Below, in pieces: positions 50,682-60,349 of a stretch of DNA of 64,000 nucleotides. Position 1 is the first letter of the stretch. The number at the start of each line of letters is the position of its first letter. A program made the position numbers and the translations under genes. The notes below the pieces were generated by a model. That model worked only from the letters and a program-made list of their open reading frames with translations, ran no database searches and was not told the DNA's origin. This DNA is from a virus, in IMG/VR virus record IMGVR_UViG_3300017917_005124, positions 1 to 64,000 of that record; one strand, given 5' to 3'.

Positions 50682-52067
50682 ATGGCAGATTTTAATAACA
50701 GTACATTTAATTCTTTTTTGCAGGAGGATGAGGATGATAGAGAATTGGGTGTACATTATCAAAATAAGTTAATTAATGTATTTTGTAATGATAGGTCTGG
50801 ATTTTCTGAGCAAATAATAGATGTTCTTAAGAGTGATTATTTTGATGCATACCAAAAAATTCTTATTGAGCACGCTTTAAAGTATTATAAAGATAGAAGT
50901 ACTATTATAAGGTTTGATACCCTTAGGGATAGAGTTTGTTTTAATGAGAAAGGTATAGTTAAGGAACATCTACTTGGTTTAATTGACAAAATTGAAGAAA
51001 TAAAAGTTGAAGATAAAGCTGAGGTTCAGGAAACATCTACAGAATTTTTTGTTAAGAGAAATATGCGTGAGGCTATTCTTAGAGCAGCATCAAATTGGAA
51101 GAAAAATAAGTGGGATAGTATTTTGAAGGATTTTGAAGATGCTCTTAAAGCTGGGCAACCTAAAGATACTGGTCATGATTATTTTAGAGATGTAAATAAA
51201 AGACTCTCAAAAGATTTTAGGATACCAATACCTTGTATGAATGGTCTTGATGAGTTAATTAGTGGTGGTCTATCTCCAGGTGAACTTGGAGTTGTGATTG
51301 CTCCACCTGGAGGAGGAAAATCAATGGCTCTTGTTAAATTCGCATCAACTGCATTACTTGCAGGAAAGAAAGTTGTATACTACACCCTTGAGTTATCAGA
51401 AGAAGTTGTAGGACAAAGATTCGATGCCTGTATAAATGATATAGGACTTAAGCATGTATGGGATTATCCAGAATATATATCAGAAAAGCTTGCAGACCTT
51501 GCAGAATTGGGTGGTGGATTAAAAATTAAAGAGTTTCTTGAGGGTAGTGTAACTGTTAATACTATAAAGGCGCATTTAAAAACTCTTGAAATAGAAGGTT
51601 TTATTCCTGATGTAATATTTGTTGACTACCTTGGGCTTATGAAGCCTCTTGGTTCATATGCAGAAAAGAGACATGCTTTAACAGATGTAGCTGAGGGGCT
51701 TAGGAATATTGCAAATAACATGAGGGTACCAATTTGGTCTGCTCATCAGACAAACAGAACAGCTATTCAAGAAGAGAAAATTAATACTTCACATATTGGA
51801 GAATCTCTTGGTATTATAGCAACTGTTGACCTTGCTCTTGGAATTGGTAGGCCAGATGAGATGAAGGATGAAAATCAAGCTATGCTTGGAATAATAAAAA
51901 ATAGGCTTGGGCAAGATGGTATTTATAGGCTTATGATATTTGACACAAGAAGAGTTTTTCTTGAATTTGCAAATGAAAACGAAAATGGGATAGCTCAAAC
52001 TTCTTCTTCGTATGTTGAGCCAGATTTGAATGAAATAAGTCTTTTTTTAGAACATAAAAATAATTAA
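50682..52067 (+). CDS. Replicative DnaB/gp41-like helicase
   Basis: APPGGGKS, YTLELSE, FVDYLGLM, SAHQTNR, KNRLG. Confidence 0.92.
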   Translation: MADFNNSTFNSFLQEDEDDRELGVHYQNKLINVFCNDRSGFSEQIIDVLKSDYFDAYQKILIEHALKYYKDRSTIIRFDTLRDRVCFNEKGIVKEHLLGLIDKIEEIKVEDKAEVQETSTEFFVKRNMREAILRAASNWKKNKWDSILKDFEDALKAGQPKDTGHDYFRDVNKRLSKDFRIPIPCMNGLDELISGGLSPGELGVVIAPPGGGKSMALVKFASTALLAGKKVVYYTLELSEEVVGQRFDACINDIGLKHVWDYPEYISEKLADLAELGGGLKIKEFLEGSVTVNTIKAHLKTLEIEGFIPDVIFVDYLGLMKPLGSYAEKRHALTDVAEGLRNIANNMRVPIWSAHQTNRTAIQEEKINTSHIGESLGIIATVDLALGIGRPDEMKDENQAMLGIIKNRLGQDGIYRLMIFDTRRVFLEFANENENGIAQTSSSYVEPDLNEISLFLEHKNN

Positions 52068-52394
52068 ATTTGCCTAAATTTTAATAGTATAGGTGTTATT
52101 GAAAAATAATTTAAAAATTTTCATGAATTATAAAATTTGTTATTTATTTATTAAAAAGAAAAAAAATATGAATGAATTGATACAAGAAAATAAGAATATG
52201 ATTTTATTAAAAAATAATCTTGAATCATTTCCACACATCTATTCATATTTTAATAATTTGTATTTAAAAAAAGAAAAAGAGACATAGTTAAGTATGTTAT
52301 TTTTAAATTTAATTTGGTATAATTTTATACTGAAATAGGATTTGTCGTCTAAAAAATTTTAAAAAGTAAAATAAAAAAGTAAAATAAAAATAAA

Positions 52395-53399
52395 ATGAAT
52401 GTAGAAAAAAAAGAAGTAAATTTTATTGAACCGATTCTTAAGCCTAATGATAATAGGTTTGTATTATTCCCAATCCAACATGATGACATTTGGCAATTCT
52501 ATAAGAAATCGGAGGCTAGCTTTTGGACTGCTGAGGAAATAGACCTCCTTCAAGACCTTAAGGATTGGGAAAATCTTAATGAAAATGAGAGATATTTTAT
52601 AAAAAATGTTTTAGCTTTTTTTGCGGCATCAGATGGTATAGTAAATGAAAATTTAGCAGAAAATTTTGTAAGCGAAGTTCAATATACTGAAGCGAAGTTT
52701 TTTTATGGTTTTCAGATTATGATGGAAAATATACACTCTGAGACTTACTCTTTATTAATTGACACTTATGTTGCAAAGGATAAAGATGAGAAGGATAGGT
52801 TGTTTAATGCAATAGAGACAATACCCGCTGTTAAGAAGAAGGCTGAGTGGGCTCTTAATTGGATTGAATCAGATAGTTTTGCTGAAAGGCTTATTGCATT
52901 TGCAGCAGTTGAGGGTATTTTCTTTTCTGGCTCATTTTGTTCTATTTTTTGGCTTAAGAAAAGGGGTTTGATGCCAGGACTTAGCTTTTCTAATGAGCTT
53001 ATATCAAGAGATGAGGGGTTACATTGTGATTTTGCTGTTCACTTACACAATAATCACCTTGTTAATAAGGTGCCAGAATCAAGAATTAGAGAGATAATAG
53101 AATCTGCTCTTGAGATTGAGAAAGAATTTATCACAGAATCTTTACCAGTAAGTCTTATTGGAATGAATTCTAAGTTGATGTCAGATTATCTTGAATATGT
53201 TGCTGATAGACTTATGATTGATTTGAAGTGTGCTCCTATATATAAAACTGAAAATCCTTTTGATTTTATGTCAAATATTGCTCTTGAAAATAAGACGAAC
53301 TTTTTCGAGAAAAGAGTTGCTGAGTATGCTAAGTCTGGAGTGGGAAGAAGCGTTGAAGATAATAAGCTATCTTTTGATGGTGATGATGATGATTTTTAA
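52395..53399 (+). CDS. nrdB: Ribonucleotide reductase class Ia beta subunit
   Basis: [45 protein letters not shown]. Confidence 0.97.
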   Translation: MNVEKKEVNFIEPILKPNDNRFVLFPIQHDDIWQFYKKSEASFWTAEEIDLLQDLKDWENLNENERYFIKNVLAFFAASDGIVNENLAENFVSEVQYTEAKFFYGFQIMMENIHSETYSLLIDTYVAKDKDEKDRLFNAIETIPAVKKKAEWALNWIESDSFAERLIAFAAVEGIFFSGSFCSIFWLKKRGLMPGLSFSNELISRDEGLHCDFAVHLHNNHLVNKVPESRIREIIESALEIEKEFITESLPVSLIGMNSKLMSDYLEYVADRLMIDLKCAPIYKTENPFDFMSNIALENKTNFFEKRVAEYAKSGVGRSVEDNKLSFDGDDDDF

Positions 53400-53422
53400 A
53401 CAAACAATACAAACAATATAAA

Positions 53423-56400
53423 ATGAAAGTAATTAAGAGAGATGGCTCAGAAGAGGGTGTGAAATTTGATAAAATTTCAGCGAGAATAAAAAAACAAACT
53501 TACGGATTAGATTCTGAATTTATAGATTATCTTGAGGTATCTAAGAAGGTTATTTCTGGTGTATATGATGGTGTTACATCTAAGGAACTTGATAACCTTG
53601 CGGCAGAGACAGCGGCTGCAATGACAAGGATTCACCCAGACTATTCAATACTTGCAGCAAGAATTGCAATATCCTCACTAAAGAAAGAAACAAAGAAAAG
53701 CTTCAAGGAGACTATAGAAGATTTGTATAATCACATTAGCAAAGAAACAAATCAACATGCTCCAATGGTGTCAGAGGAATTATATAATCTAGTTCAAAAT
53801 CATCACAAGAAAATAGAATCAATGATTGTTCATGATAGAGATTTTGATTTTGAGTATTTTGGGTATAAGACTCTTGAAAGGTCTTACTTATTGAAAATAG
53901 ATAATAAGATAGTAGAAACACCACAACACTTGTATTTAAGAGTTGCTCTTGGGATATGGGGAGATAATTTTGAACAAGCTCAAAAGACTTATGAGCTTTT
54001 ATCAACTGGAGAATTTACTCATGCTACACCAACATTGTTCAACTCAGGAACTCAGAAACCACAGTTATCTTCATGTTTTCTTGTTGGAAACAAAGGTGAT
54101 GATATTGATGGGTTATTTGATACATTAAAGGATGTTGCTAAGATTTCTAAGTGGGCTGGAGGAATTGGTCTACATGTTCATGATGTAAGGGCTAGAGGTT
54201 CTTATATTAAGGGCACAGGAGGTAAGTCAGATGGTCTTTTGCCTATGATGAAAACTTATAACGAAGTTGCAAAGTGGATAAATCAATGTTTTGCTCCAGA
54301 AACACTTATTTATACAAATGATGGAGTCAAGAGAATTGAGGACTTAAAAGAAGGAGAGCTTGTTTTAACTAAGGATGGAAAATATTGTGAAGTTGGAGAG
54401 GTTATGAGTTATAATCAAGTTGGAGGTATGCTTGAAATTGAAACAAAATCAACGTTAAAACCCCTTAGACTAACTGATGAGCACCCTTTATTCGCATTTA
54501 AAAATACATACAATAGAATTGGACGCTCAAATGATGAGTACATAAATCAATTAGAAAAAGGAATAATATCTCCTAGCTGGATTGACAGTGGTGAATTAAA
54601 AGTTGGAGATTTTATTGGAAAAGCAATACCTAAAGAAGTTATTGATGTGGAATTTTTTTCTGAGGAAGATGCATTTATTTATGGTTTATTACTTGGAGAT
54701 GGTCATATAAGCGGATATGAAGTAGGTATATCTTTTAATGAAATAACTAATTCTGATAGTTTATTTATTGTAAGAAATTACTTAGTTGATAGAGATATTA
54801 AATTTTGGGAAGCAAAAAGTGAATCTGAATTTTATTTACAAATTAGATTTTCTTTGAGTAATTTACCTTGGTTAAATGAAGATTTGCTATATGATGAACA
54901 AGGAAATAAAAGGTTACATAATTCTTTATCTCACTTACCTCTAAATAAGAGTTTGCAAATAATTAATGGATTAATTAAATCAGATGGGGGTGTGTATAGA
55001 AGAAATGAAATTCATTTTTATAATACCTCAGAAGTTTTGGTAGAAAATTTATCTTATCAAATTTTGAGATTTAAAGTTCCGACCTATGGTTCTTGGGTTG
55101 AGCGAGAAAATAATAGTAAATACATTTTAGAACATGGATGTAAAAAAGAGCTCACATTATCTTGCGACCTTAGAATCCCTGCCTTCAAAGAATTATCTGA
55201 AATACTTAATATAGAACAGGTTGAGCGTAAAAATTGGATTGTTTGGGATGGTATTTTATATACAAGAATAACATCAGTTAAAATGATTGAGGATTATAAT
55301 GGGAGAGTTTATGATTTAAAAATAAAAGAAAATTTTGAAGACCCATCCTATACATTATCTTCCGCATTGGTTCACAATGGAGGAAAGCGAAAAGGTTCTT
55401 TTGCGGTATATCTTGAGCCATGGCACCTGGATGTAGAGGAGTTTATAGATTTGCGAAAAAACCACGGTAAAGAAGAAGTTAGGGCGAGGGATTTGTTTTT
55501 AGCTCTTTGGATTCCTGATTTATTTATGAAAAGAGTTCAAGATGACTTAGAGTGGACATTAATGTGTCCTAATGAGTGTCCAGGCCTTTCTGATGTGTAT
55601 GATATTTATCCAGAATATGATGAGGAAGGTGAAATAACAAATTCTGAAGAAGTAAATTTAGCATTTACTGAATTGTATGAAAAGTATGAGCTAGAGAATA
55701 AAGGTAGAAAAACTATTAAGGCAAGAGAACTTTGGGCCAAGATACTTGATGCTCAGATTGAAACTGGAACCCCATATGTTTTATACAAAGATGCTGCAAA
55801 TAAAAAGAGCAATCAAAAAAATATAGGAACCATCAAGTCTTCGAATTTATGTACAGAAATAATGGAAGTTTCAACTCCAGAAGAACAAGCTGTATGTAAC
55901 TTAGCTTCTATAGCTCTTCCTAAGATGGTTGTTATTCCTCAAGGAAAAGTTAAATCTAAAGACAAATCCTTGAGAGGATATGATTTCCAAAGGCTATATG
56001 AAGTTGCATATCAAACAGCAGTCAATCTTAATAGAGTAATTGATATTAACTGGTATCCAACAGAAGAGACAAGAAGGTCAAATATGAGACACAGACCTAT
56101 TGGGATAGGTGTTCAGGGCTTAGCTGATACATTTGCTATGCTTGGGTTACCTTTTGAATCTGATGCAGCCAAAAAGCTTAATAAGGATATTTTTGAGACA
56201 ATCTACTTTGCAGCTATGACAGCTTCAAATGATATGTCCAAGAAATCATATAGAGCCGAATCAGCTTCTACTGAAGATGTTAGCTTCACAATTGGGGCGT
56301 ACTCAACTTTTGTTGGCTCTCCATTGTCTGAAGGAAAATTCCAATTTGATATGTGGGGAATTGATGAGTCAATGCTTTCTGGTCTTTGGGATTGGTCTAA

Positions 56401-57097
56401 GCTTAGAAAATCAGTGGTTAAGTATGGTGTGAAAAACTCATTATTGCTTGCTCCAATGCCAACAGCATCTACAGCTCAAATTCTTGGAAACAATGAGTGC
56501 TTCGAGCCATATACAAATAACATTTATAAGAGAAATACTCTTTCTGGGGAATTTGTTGTTGTAAATAGGCACTTGGTTGAAGATTTAATAAACATTGACC
56601 TTTGGAATGATGAGATAAGAATAAAAATCATTCAAAACAATGGTTCAATTCAAACTATTGCAGAAATTCCTGCAGAAATACGTGAGGCCTACAAGACGGT
56701 TTGGGAGATGAAGGCAAGTAACTTAATTGATATGGCTGCAGATAGAGGGGCATTTATTTGTCAATCTCAGTCTATGAATTTATTTATTAGAGATGCAAAT
56801 GTAGCTAAGTTAAATAAAGCATTATTCTACGCTTGGTCTAAGGGTCTTAAAACTGGAATGTATTACCTTAGAAGTAATGCTCAATCTGAGGCTAAGAAGT
56901 CTCTTGGAGAAAACATATCATCAGAAGTGTCTGAGTCAATTACAACTGAATCAGTAGCGCCTGCGATGATTCAAGCAATGGTTTCTAATATTATTGAGAC
57001 ACCTTCAGTAGAACTATCAGATGCTGAGTCTGAGGCGATGAGAGGTTTGACTTGTAGTTTGGATTCTCCTGAAAATTGTGATTCCTGCGGTGCGTAG
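53423..57097 (+). CDS. nrdA: Ribonucleotide reductase class Ia alpha subunit with intein
   Basis: ATP cone VIKRDG, HATPTLFN, SSCF, SNLCTEI, AVCNLAS, MPTASTAQI, KTGMYYLR, C-terminal CDSC. Confidence 0.97.
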   Translation: MKVIKRDGSEEGVKFDKISARIKKQTYGLDSEFIDYLEVSKKVISGVYDGVTSKELDNLAAETAAAMTRIHPDYSILAARIAISSLKKETKKSFKETIEDLYNHISKETNQHAPMVSEELYNLVQNHHKKIESMIVHDRDFDFEYFGYKTLERSYLLKIDNKIVETPQHLYLRVALGIWGDNFEQAQKTYELLSTGEFTHATPTLFNSGTQKPQLSSCFLVGNKGDDIDGLFDTLKDVAKISKWAGGIGLHVHDVRARGSYIKGTGGKSDGLLPMMKTYNEVAKWINQCFAPETLIYTNDGVKRIEDLKEGELVLTKDGKYCEVGEVMSYNQVGGMLEIETKSTLKPLRLTDEHPLFAFKNTYNRIGRSNDEYINQLEKGIISPSWIDSGELKVGDFIGKAIPKEVIDVEFFSEEDAFIYGLLLGDGHISGYEVGISFNEITNSDSLFIVRNYLVDRDIKFWEAKSESEFYLQIRFSLSNLPWLNEDLLYDEQGNKRLHNSLSHLPLNKSLQIINGLIKSDGGVYRRNEIHFYNTSEVLVENLSYQILRFKVPTYGSWVERENNSKYILEHGCKKELTLSCDLRIPAFKELSEILNIEQVERKNWIVWDGILYTRITSVKMIEDYNGRVYDLKIKENFEDPSYTLSSALVHNGGKRKGSFAVYLEPWHLDVEEFIDLRKNHGKEEVRARDLFLALWIPDLFMKRVQDDLEWTLMCPNECPGLSDVYDIYPEYDEEGEITNSEEVNLAFTELYEKYELENKGRKTIKARELWAKILDAQIETGTPYVLYKDAANKKSNQKNIGTIKSSNLCTEIMEVSTPEEQAVCNLASIALPKMVVIPQGKVKSKDKSLRGYDFQRLYEVAYQTAVNLNRVIDINWYPTEETRRSNMRHRPIGIGVQGLADTFAMLGLPFESDAAKKLNKDIFETIYFAAMTASNDMSKKSYRAESASTEDVSFTIGAYSTFVGSPLSEGKFQFDMWGIDESMLSGLWDWSKLRKSVVKYGVKNSLLLAPMPTASTAQILGNNECFEPYTNNIYKRNTLSGEFVVVNRHLVEDLINIDLWNDEIRIKIIQNNGSIQTIAEIPAEIREAYKTVWEMKASNLIDMAADRGAFICQSQSMNLFIRDANVAKLNKALFYAWSKGLKTGMYYLRSNAQSEAKKSLGENISSEVSESITTESVAPAMIQAMVSNIIETPSVELSDAESEAMRGLTCSLDSPENCDSCGA
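54287..55378 (+). mobile_element. NrdA intein (364 aa, LAGLIDADG) followed by Gly
   Basis: WINQ|CFAPET...LTDEHP...YGLLLGDG...NGLIKSDG...ALVHN|GGKRKG. Confidence 0.9.
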
Positions 57098-57140
57098 CTT
57101 ATAGATTATATCTTGATTGTTGTTTAATCTGTGGTTTTTA

Positions 57141-57187
57141 AAAATTCCATACTTTTATAATAAAATATAAAGGTATGGAATTTTTTT
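57141..57187 (+). terminator. Intrinsic terminator after nrdA
   Basis: AAAATTCCATAC...GTATGGAA followed by T7. Confidence 0.7.
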
Positions 57188-57456
57188 ATGTACTTAAAAG
57201 TAAAAAAATAAAGGATTAGACATGCTTAAATTATAAGGAGAAACTAAGGAGAAAATTCCAGATTCAATAAAAGGAAAAGCTTTCTATTTATAAATTAAGA
57301 AAGAAAGGTCATCAAACAGTTGAATAGAGATTTAGAAAACTTATATAAAATTACGTAAGTTTTTTGAACGGTTGGGATAAATATATAAATTTATTTTAAT
57401 GTTATTTATTTGATTTATAAAAAACATTTTCTTATATTTTTATAAAATTAGAAATC

Positions 57457-57648
57457 ATGAAAAAACCAAAAAGCAAAGAAAAGCAAATAGCAGCAAATAA
57501 GAGAGGCGCTAAGAGAAGTGAAAGACTTAGGGATTCTAGAAAAAAGGTAGCCAAAAAAAGAGAAGAGCTGATAAATAAAAGAAAGGCAGAGAAAGAAAAG
57601 TTTCTTAAATTTATGATGAAATTAGAAGAGGCTAGAAATAGGGCTTAG
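57457..57648 (+). CDS. Small basic hypothetical protein
   Basis: 63 aa, Lys/Arg-rich, followed by a terminator. Confidence 0.55.
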   Translation: MKKPKSKEKQIAANKRGAKRSERLRDSRKKVAKKREELINKRKAEKEKFLKFMMKLEEARNRA

Positions 57649-57656
57649 TATGTTTT

Positions 57657-57695
57657 AAAAAAAGGTATTTGATGTATTCAAATACCTTTTTTTTT
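57657..57695 (+). terminator. Intrinsic terminator
   Basis: AAAAGGTATTTGA-loop-TCAAATACC followed by T9. Confidence 0.8.
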
Positions 57696-57722
57696 ACTAT
57701 TTATAATAAAGTATTTTCTAAA

Positions 57723-58034
57723 ATGAAAGAATTAAGAGAAGAAATATTGTGTGTCTTAAAAAATGCGCTTTTAAGTGAAGAAGTTTCTGTGCCACAAAAT
57801 ACTGAAACTCAAAATGTGAAACCAAAATCTCAAGCTATAAGATTCAATCCTGGTCTTGAAAATGAATATATTGTTACATTTTCAGAAAGAGGATTTTTGA
57901 TTGATAATACAAGAATGAGTTTTGAGGAAATAGAAAATGCCTTATCTAAGGAGTATTTTATAACACTAAAAGGCGGAACTGTTTTAGACTTAGTTAAAAT
58001 GCAACAGATTTTAAAATATAAAGATAGGTATTGA
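57723..58034 (+). CDS. Hypothetical protein (start re-assigned to ATG 57723)
   Basis: The ORF-track start lies inside the terminator; TATTTATA at 57698 precedes ATG 57723. Confidence 0.6.
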   Translation: MKELREEILCVLKNALLSEEVSVPQNTETQNVKPKSQAIRFNPGLENEYIVTFSERGFLIDNTRMSFEEIENALSKEYFITLKGGTVLDLVKMQQILKYKDRY

Positions 58035-58035
58035 G

Positions 58036-58683
58036 ATGGATATAAGAGATGAGATAAGAAGTATATTAAAAGAGGTTTTTTCAGAAGCAGCTCCTACAAA
58101 GCATTATAAAGATAGAGTTGAGGGTAGATTAAAAAGTACTGAATACACGAGACCAACATTCAATTATAATGAAGTTGAAAATCAAATTAATATTCTTAAG
58201 AATACGAATTTTGACCCCCAAGAGTCATTTGCAATTTTTTTAAAATCATTCCCAGTCACTTATGCTTCTAAGGACCCATATGATGATAAAATATCAGTTG
58301 GAGATGAGCTTTGGGCTGTAGTAAGAAGTAATGAGATTACCACTATTTTCTTCAGAAACTCAAGTCAAAGAAATGTACCAGTAAAGGGGGTTGATAATAC
58401 ATTGGAAATAAAGACTCTATATAAAAATTATGTAGAAAAAGAAAAGAATCAAGATGGGACTGTAGACTTTTCTATTTATTCAAAAAATCAATCAAATAGA
58501 AGAGGTCCTGGTAGAAAAAAAATAGAAATTGACTTACCTATTGTAGATATTGATGGTTCTAAGTGGTATATTGACCAAGAAAATGAGAAGATAATATTTG
58601 TAAAAAATACAAAAAAAGAGATATCTTTTGATAATCTAAAGGAAGAGTATTTAGAAAAGATAATAGACGCTGTGACTTCATAA
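58036..58683 (+). CDS. Hypothetical protein
   Basis: 215 aa; N-terminal IRSILKE motif. Confidence 0.6.
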   Translation: MDIRDEIRSILKEVFSEAAPTKHYKDRVEGRLKSTEYTRPTFNYNEVENQINILKNTNFDPQESFAIFLKSFPVTYASKDPYDDKISVGDELWAVVRSNEITTIFFRNSSQRNVPVKGVDNTLEIKTLYKNYVEKEKNQDGTVDFSIYSKNQSNRRGPGRKKIEIDLPIVDIDGSKWYIDQENEKIIFVKNTKKEISFDNLKEEYLEKIIDAVTS

Positions 58684-58708
58684 AAAAATAAATTTATTTT
58701 TTTTTTAA

Positions 58709-58746
58709 AAAATAGACTCTTTAATTTGTTTAAGAGTCTATTTTTG
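58709..58746 (+). terminator. Hairpin terminator overlapping the -33 element of the next promoter
   Basis: AAAATAGACTCTT...AAGAGTCTATTTT; TTTG at 58725 and TATATTTG at 58749 (20-nt spacer). Confidence 0.6.
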
Positions 58747-58779
58747 TTTATATTTGCATATAACATAAAATATGTAGTA

Positions 58780-59145
58780 ATGGATAGTGAATTGAAAGAA
58801 GATAGTGGTTTTAAAGGGGTTTTTCCTGGTACAGCAAATAATCAAAAAGATAGTAATTTGAGTGCATTAGAATCTGTAGAGTCTAAACAAAATAGCGGTG
58901 TGACTAACGATTCTAAGACTTATATTAAGTTAGAGACAAAAAATTCCCAAGGTCAATTATCAGGTGTTCTTGAAATTGATTTAATTAGTTTTAGAGAAAA
59001 AGGGCAAGAGAGCAGATATCTTTCTATAAATACATTAGGTTCAGATTCTATTGGCGAATCTAGCAATACTATTATATCAATAGACAACGAATTGGATTTT
59101 AATAGATTTAAAAAATTCATTTCAGAATTAAATTGGAATGATTAA
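58780..59145 (+). CDS. Hypothetical protein
   Basis: ATG 58780 lies downstream of the TAnnTTTG promoter. Confidence 0.6.
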   Translation: MDSELKEDSGFKGVFPGTANNQKDSNLSALESVESKQNSGVTNDSKTYIKLETKNSQGQLSGVLEIDLISFREKGQESRYLSINTLGSDSIGESSNTIISIDNELDFNRFKKFISELNWND

Positions 59146-59154
59146 TTTTGTATC

Positions 59155-60045
59155 ATGAAGTTGGAAGAAAATTTAAATAAAGATAGCATTTCTTTAAAGA
59201 ATTATTTTAAAGAAGTAAGAAAACTAGAGTTATTAGGTGCTAAAGAACAAATAGAGCTTGCTACACAGGCTAAAAATGGTGATAGCATAGCTATGAAAAA
59301 GCTAATAGAAAGTAATTTAAGGTTTGTATTAAGGGTTGCAAAAGAGTATTCTTACACAGGAATCCCATTAGAAGACTTAATCCAAGAGGGTAATTTTGGA
59401 ATTATAAAGGCAGTAGAAAAGTTTGACGAGAGTAAGGGGTTAAATTTTATTTCTTATGCGGTATGGTGGATTAGACAATCTATAATGCAATCTGCGTATG
59501 ACAATGGGAATGCTGTAAGGTTGCCTGTTAATAGAATTAATATTATAAACAAAGTATCTAAGGCTAATGAGATTTTATCCAAAGAGCTTGGTAGAGAACC
59601 ATCTCCAAGTGAGATTATTGATTTTTATAAAAAGGAAGAAAATGGAGAATTTCAAATAACTGAGAAAGATATTAGAAGTTCGTATTCAGATGGTAATTAT
59701 AGTGTTTCATTAAATTCGACTATAACAGAGGAATCAGGCTCAATAGAGTTACATGAATTAATTGAAGGTGATGGTTTTAGTGAATTAGAGAATGATGTTA
59801 ATAAAGATTCTCTTAAGTTTGAAATTGATGAAGTTCTTGATGGGTTATCTAAGAGAGAATCAGATATTCTTAAAATGTATTTTGGAATAGGTGATAAAAA
59901 GGAAATGACTTTAGCTGAGATTGGTGAAGAGATAGGTATAACAAATGAGAGGGTTAGGCAAATTAAGGAGTTTGCTTTAAAAAAATTAAGAACATACAAT
60001 AATAGTTGTAAATTAAAAGAGTTTTTAAGTTGTCAAATAAAATGA
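59155..60045 (+). CDS. Sigma70-family factor, Bacteroidota SigA/RpoD-like (regions 1.2-4)
   Basis: SNLRFV, DLIQEGNFG, FISYAVWWIRQSI, VRLPVN, TLAEIG...ERVRQIKE. Confidence 0.92.
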   Translation: MKLEENLNKDSISLKNYFKEVRKLELLGAKEQIELATQAKNGDSIAMKKLIESNLRFVLRVAKEYSYTGIPLEDLIQEGNFGIIKAVEKFDESKGLNFISYAVWWIRQSIMQSAYDNGNAVRLPVNRINIINKVSKANEILSKELGREPSPSEIIDFYKKEENGEFQITEKDIRSSYSDGNYSVSLNSTITEESGSIELHELIEGDGFSELENDVNKDSLKFEIDEVLDGLSKRESDILKMYFGIGDKKEMTLAEIGEEIGITNERVRQIKEFALKKLRTYNNSCKLKEFLSCQIK

Positions 60046-60305
60046 AAGATATTAAGGTTGAATATTACAAAATGGTTTGCGATAAGAAATTGGGAGATAA
60101 CAGTATTATACCAAAAAATCAAAATTTAATTTTAATAAAAGAAGATAATGATGGAATGTTTTTTTTTGAAACATACATTGATGAGTATAAAAAGTTGTTT
60201 TGGGCAAATAAAAATGAAGTAGTATTTATGGAATCTATAATTGAAAAATGGGAAGATGAAAAAATAAATAAAATAAATAAATATATTAATGGTGAGTTTT
60301 TATAA
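60042..60305 (+). CDS. Hypothetical protein
   Basis: ATGA overlap with the sigma gene stop. Confidence 0.55.
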   Translation: MKDIKVEYYKMVCDKKLGDNSIIPKNQNLILIKEDNDGMFFFETYIDEYKKLFWANKNEVVFMESIIEKWEDEKINKINKYINGEFL

Positions 60306-60349
60306 AAATTTATTATCTTTGTTGGTGTTTAAAAAATAAAAATAAAAAT

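Noticed and set aside
52093-52287. 64-aa ORF upstream of nrdB
   Set aside because: Extremely AT-rich, low complexity, GTG start; probably regulatory or intergenic DNA.
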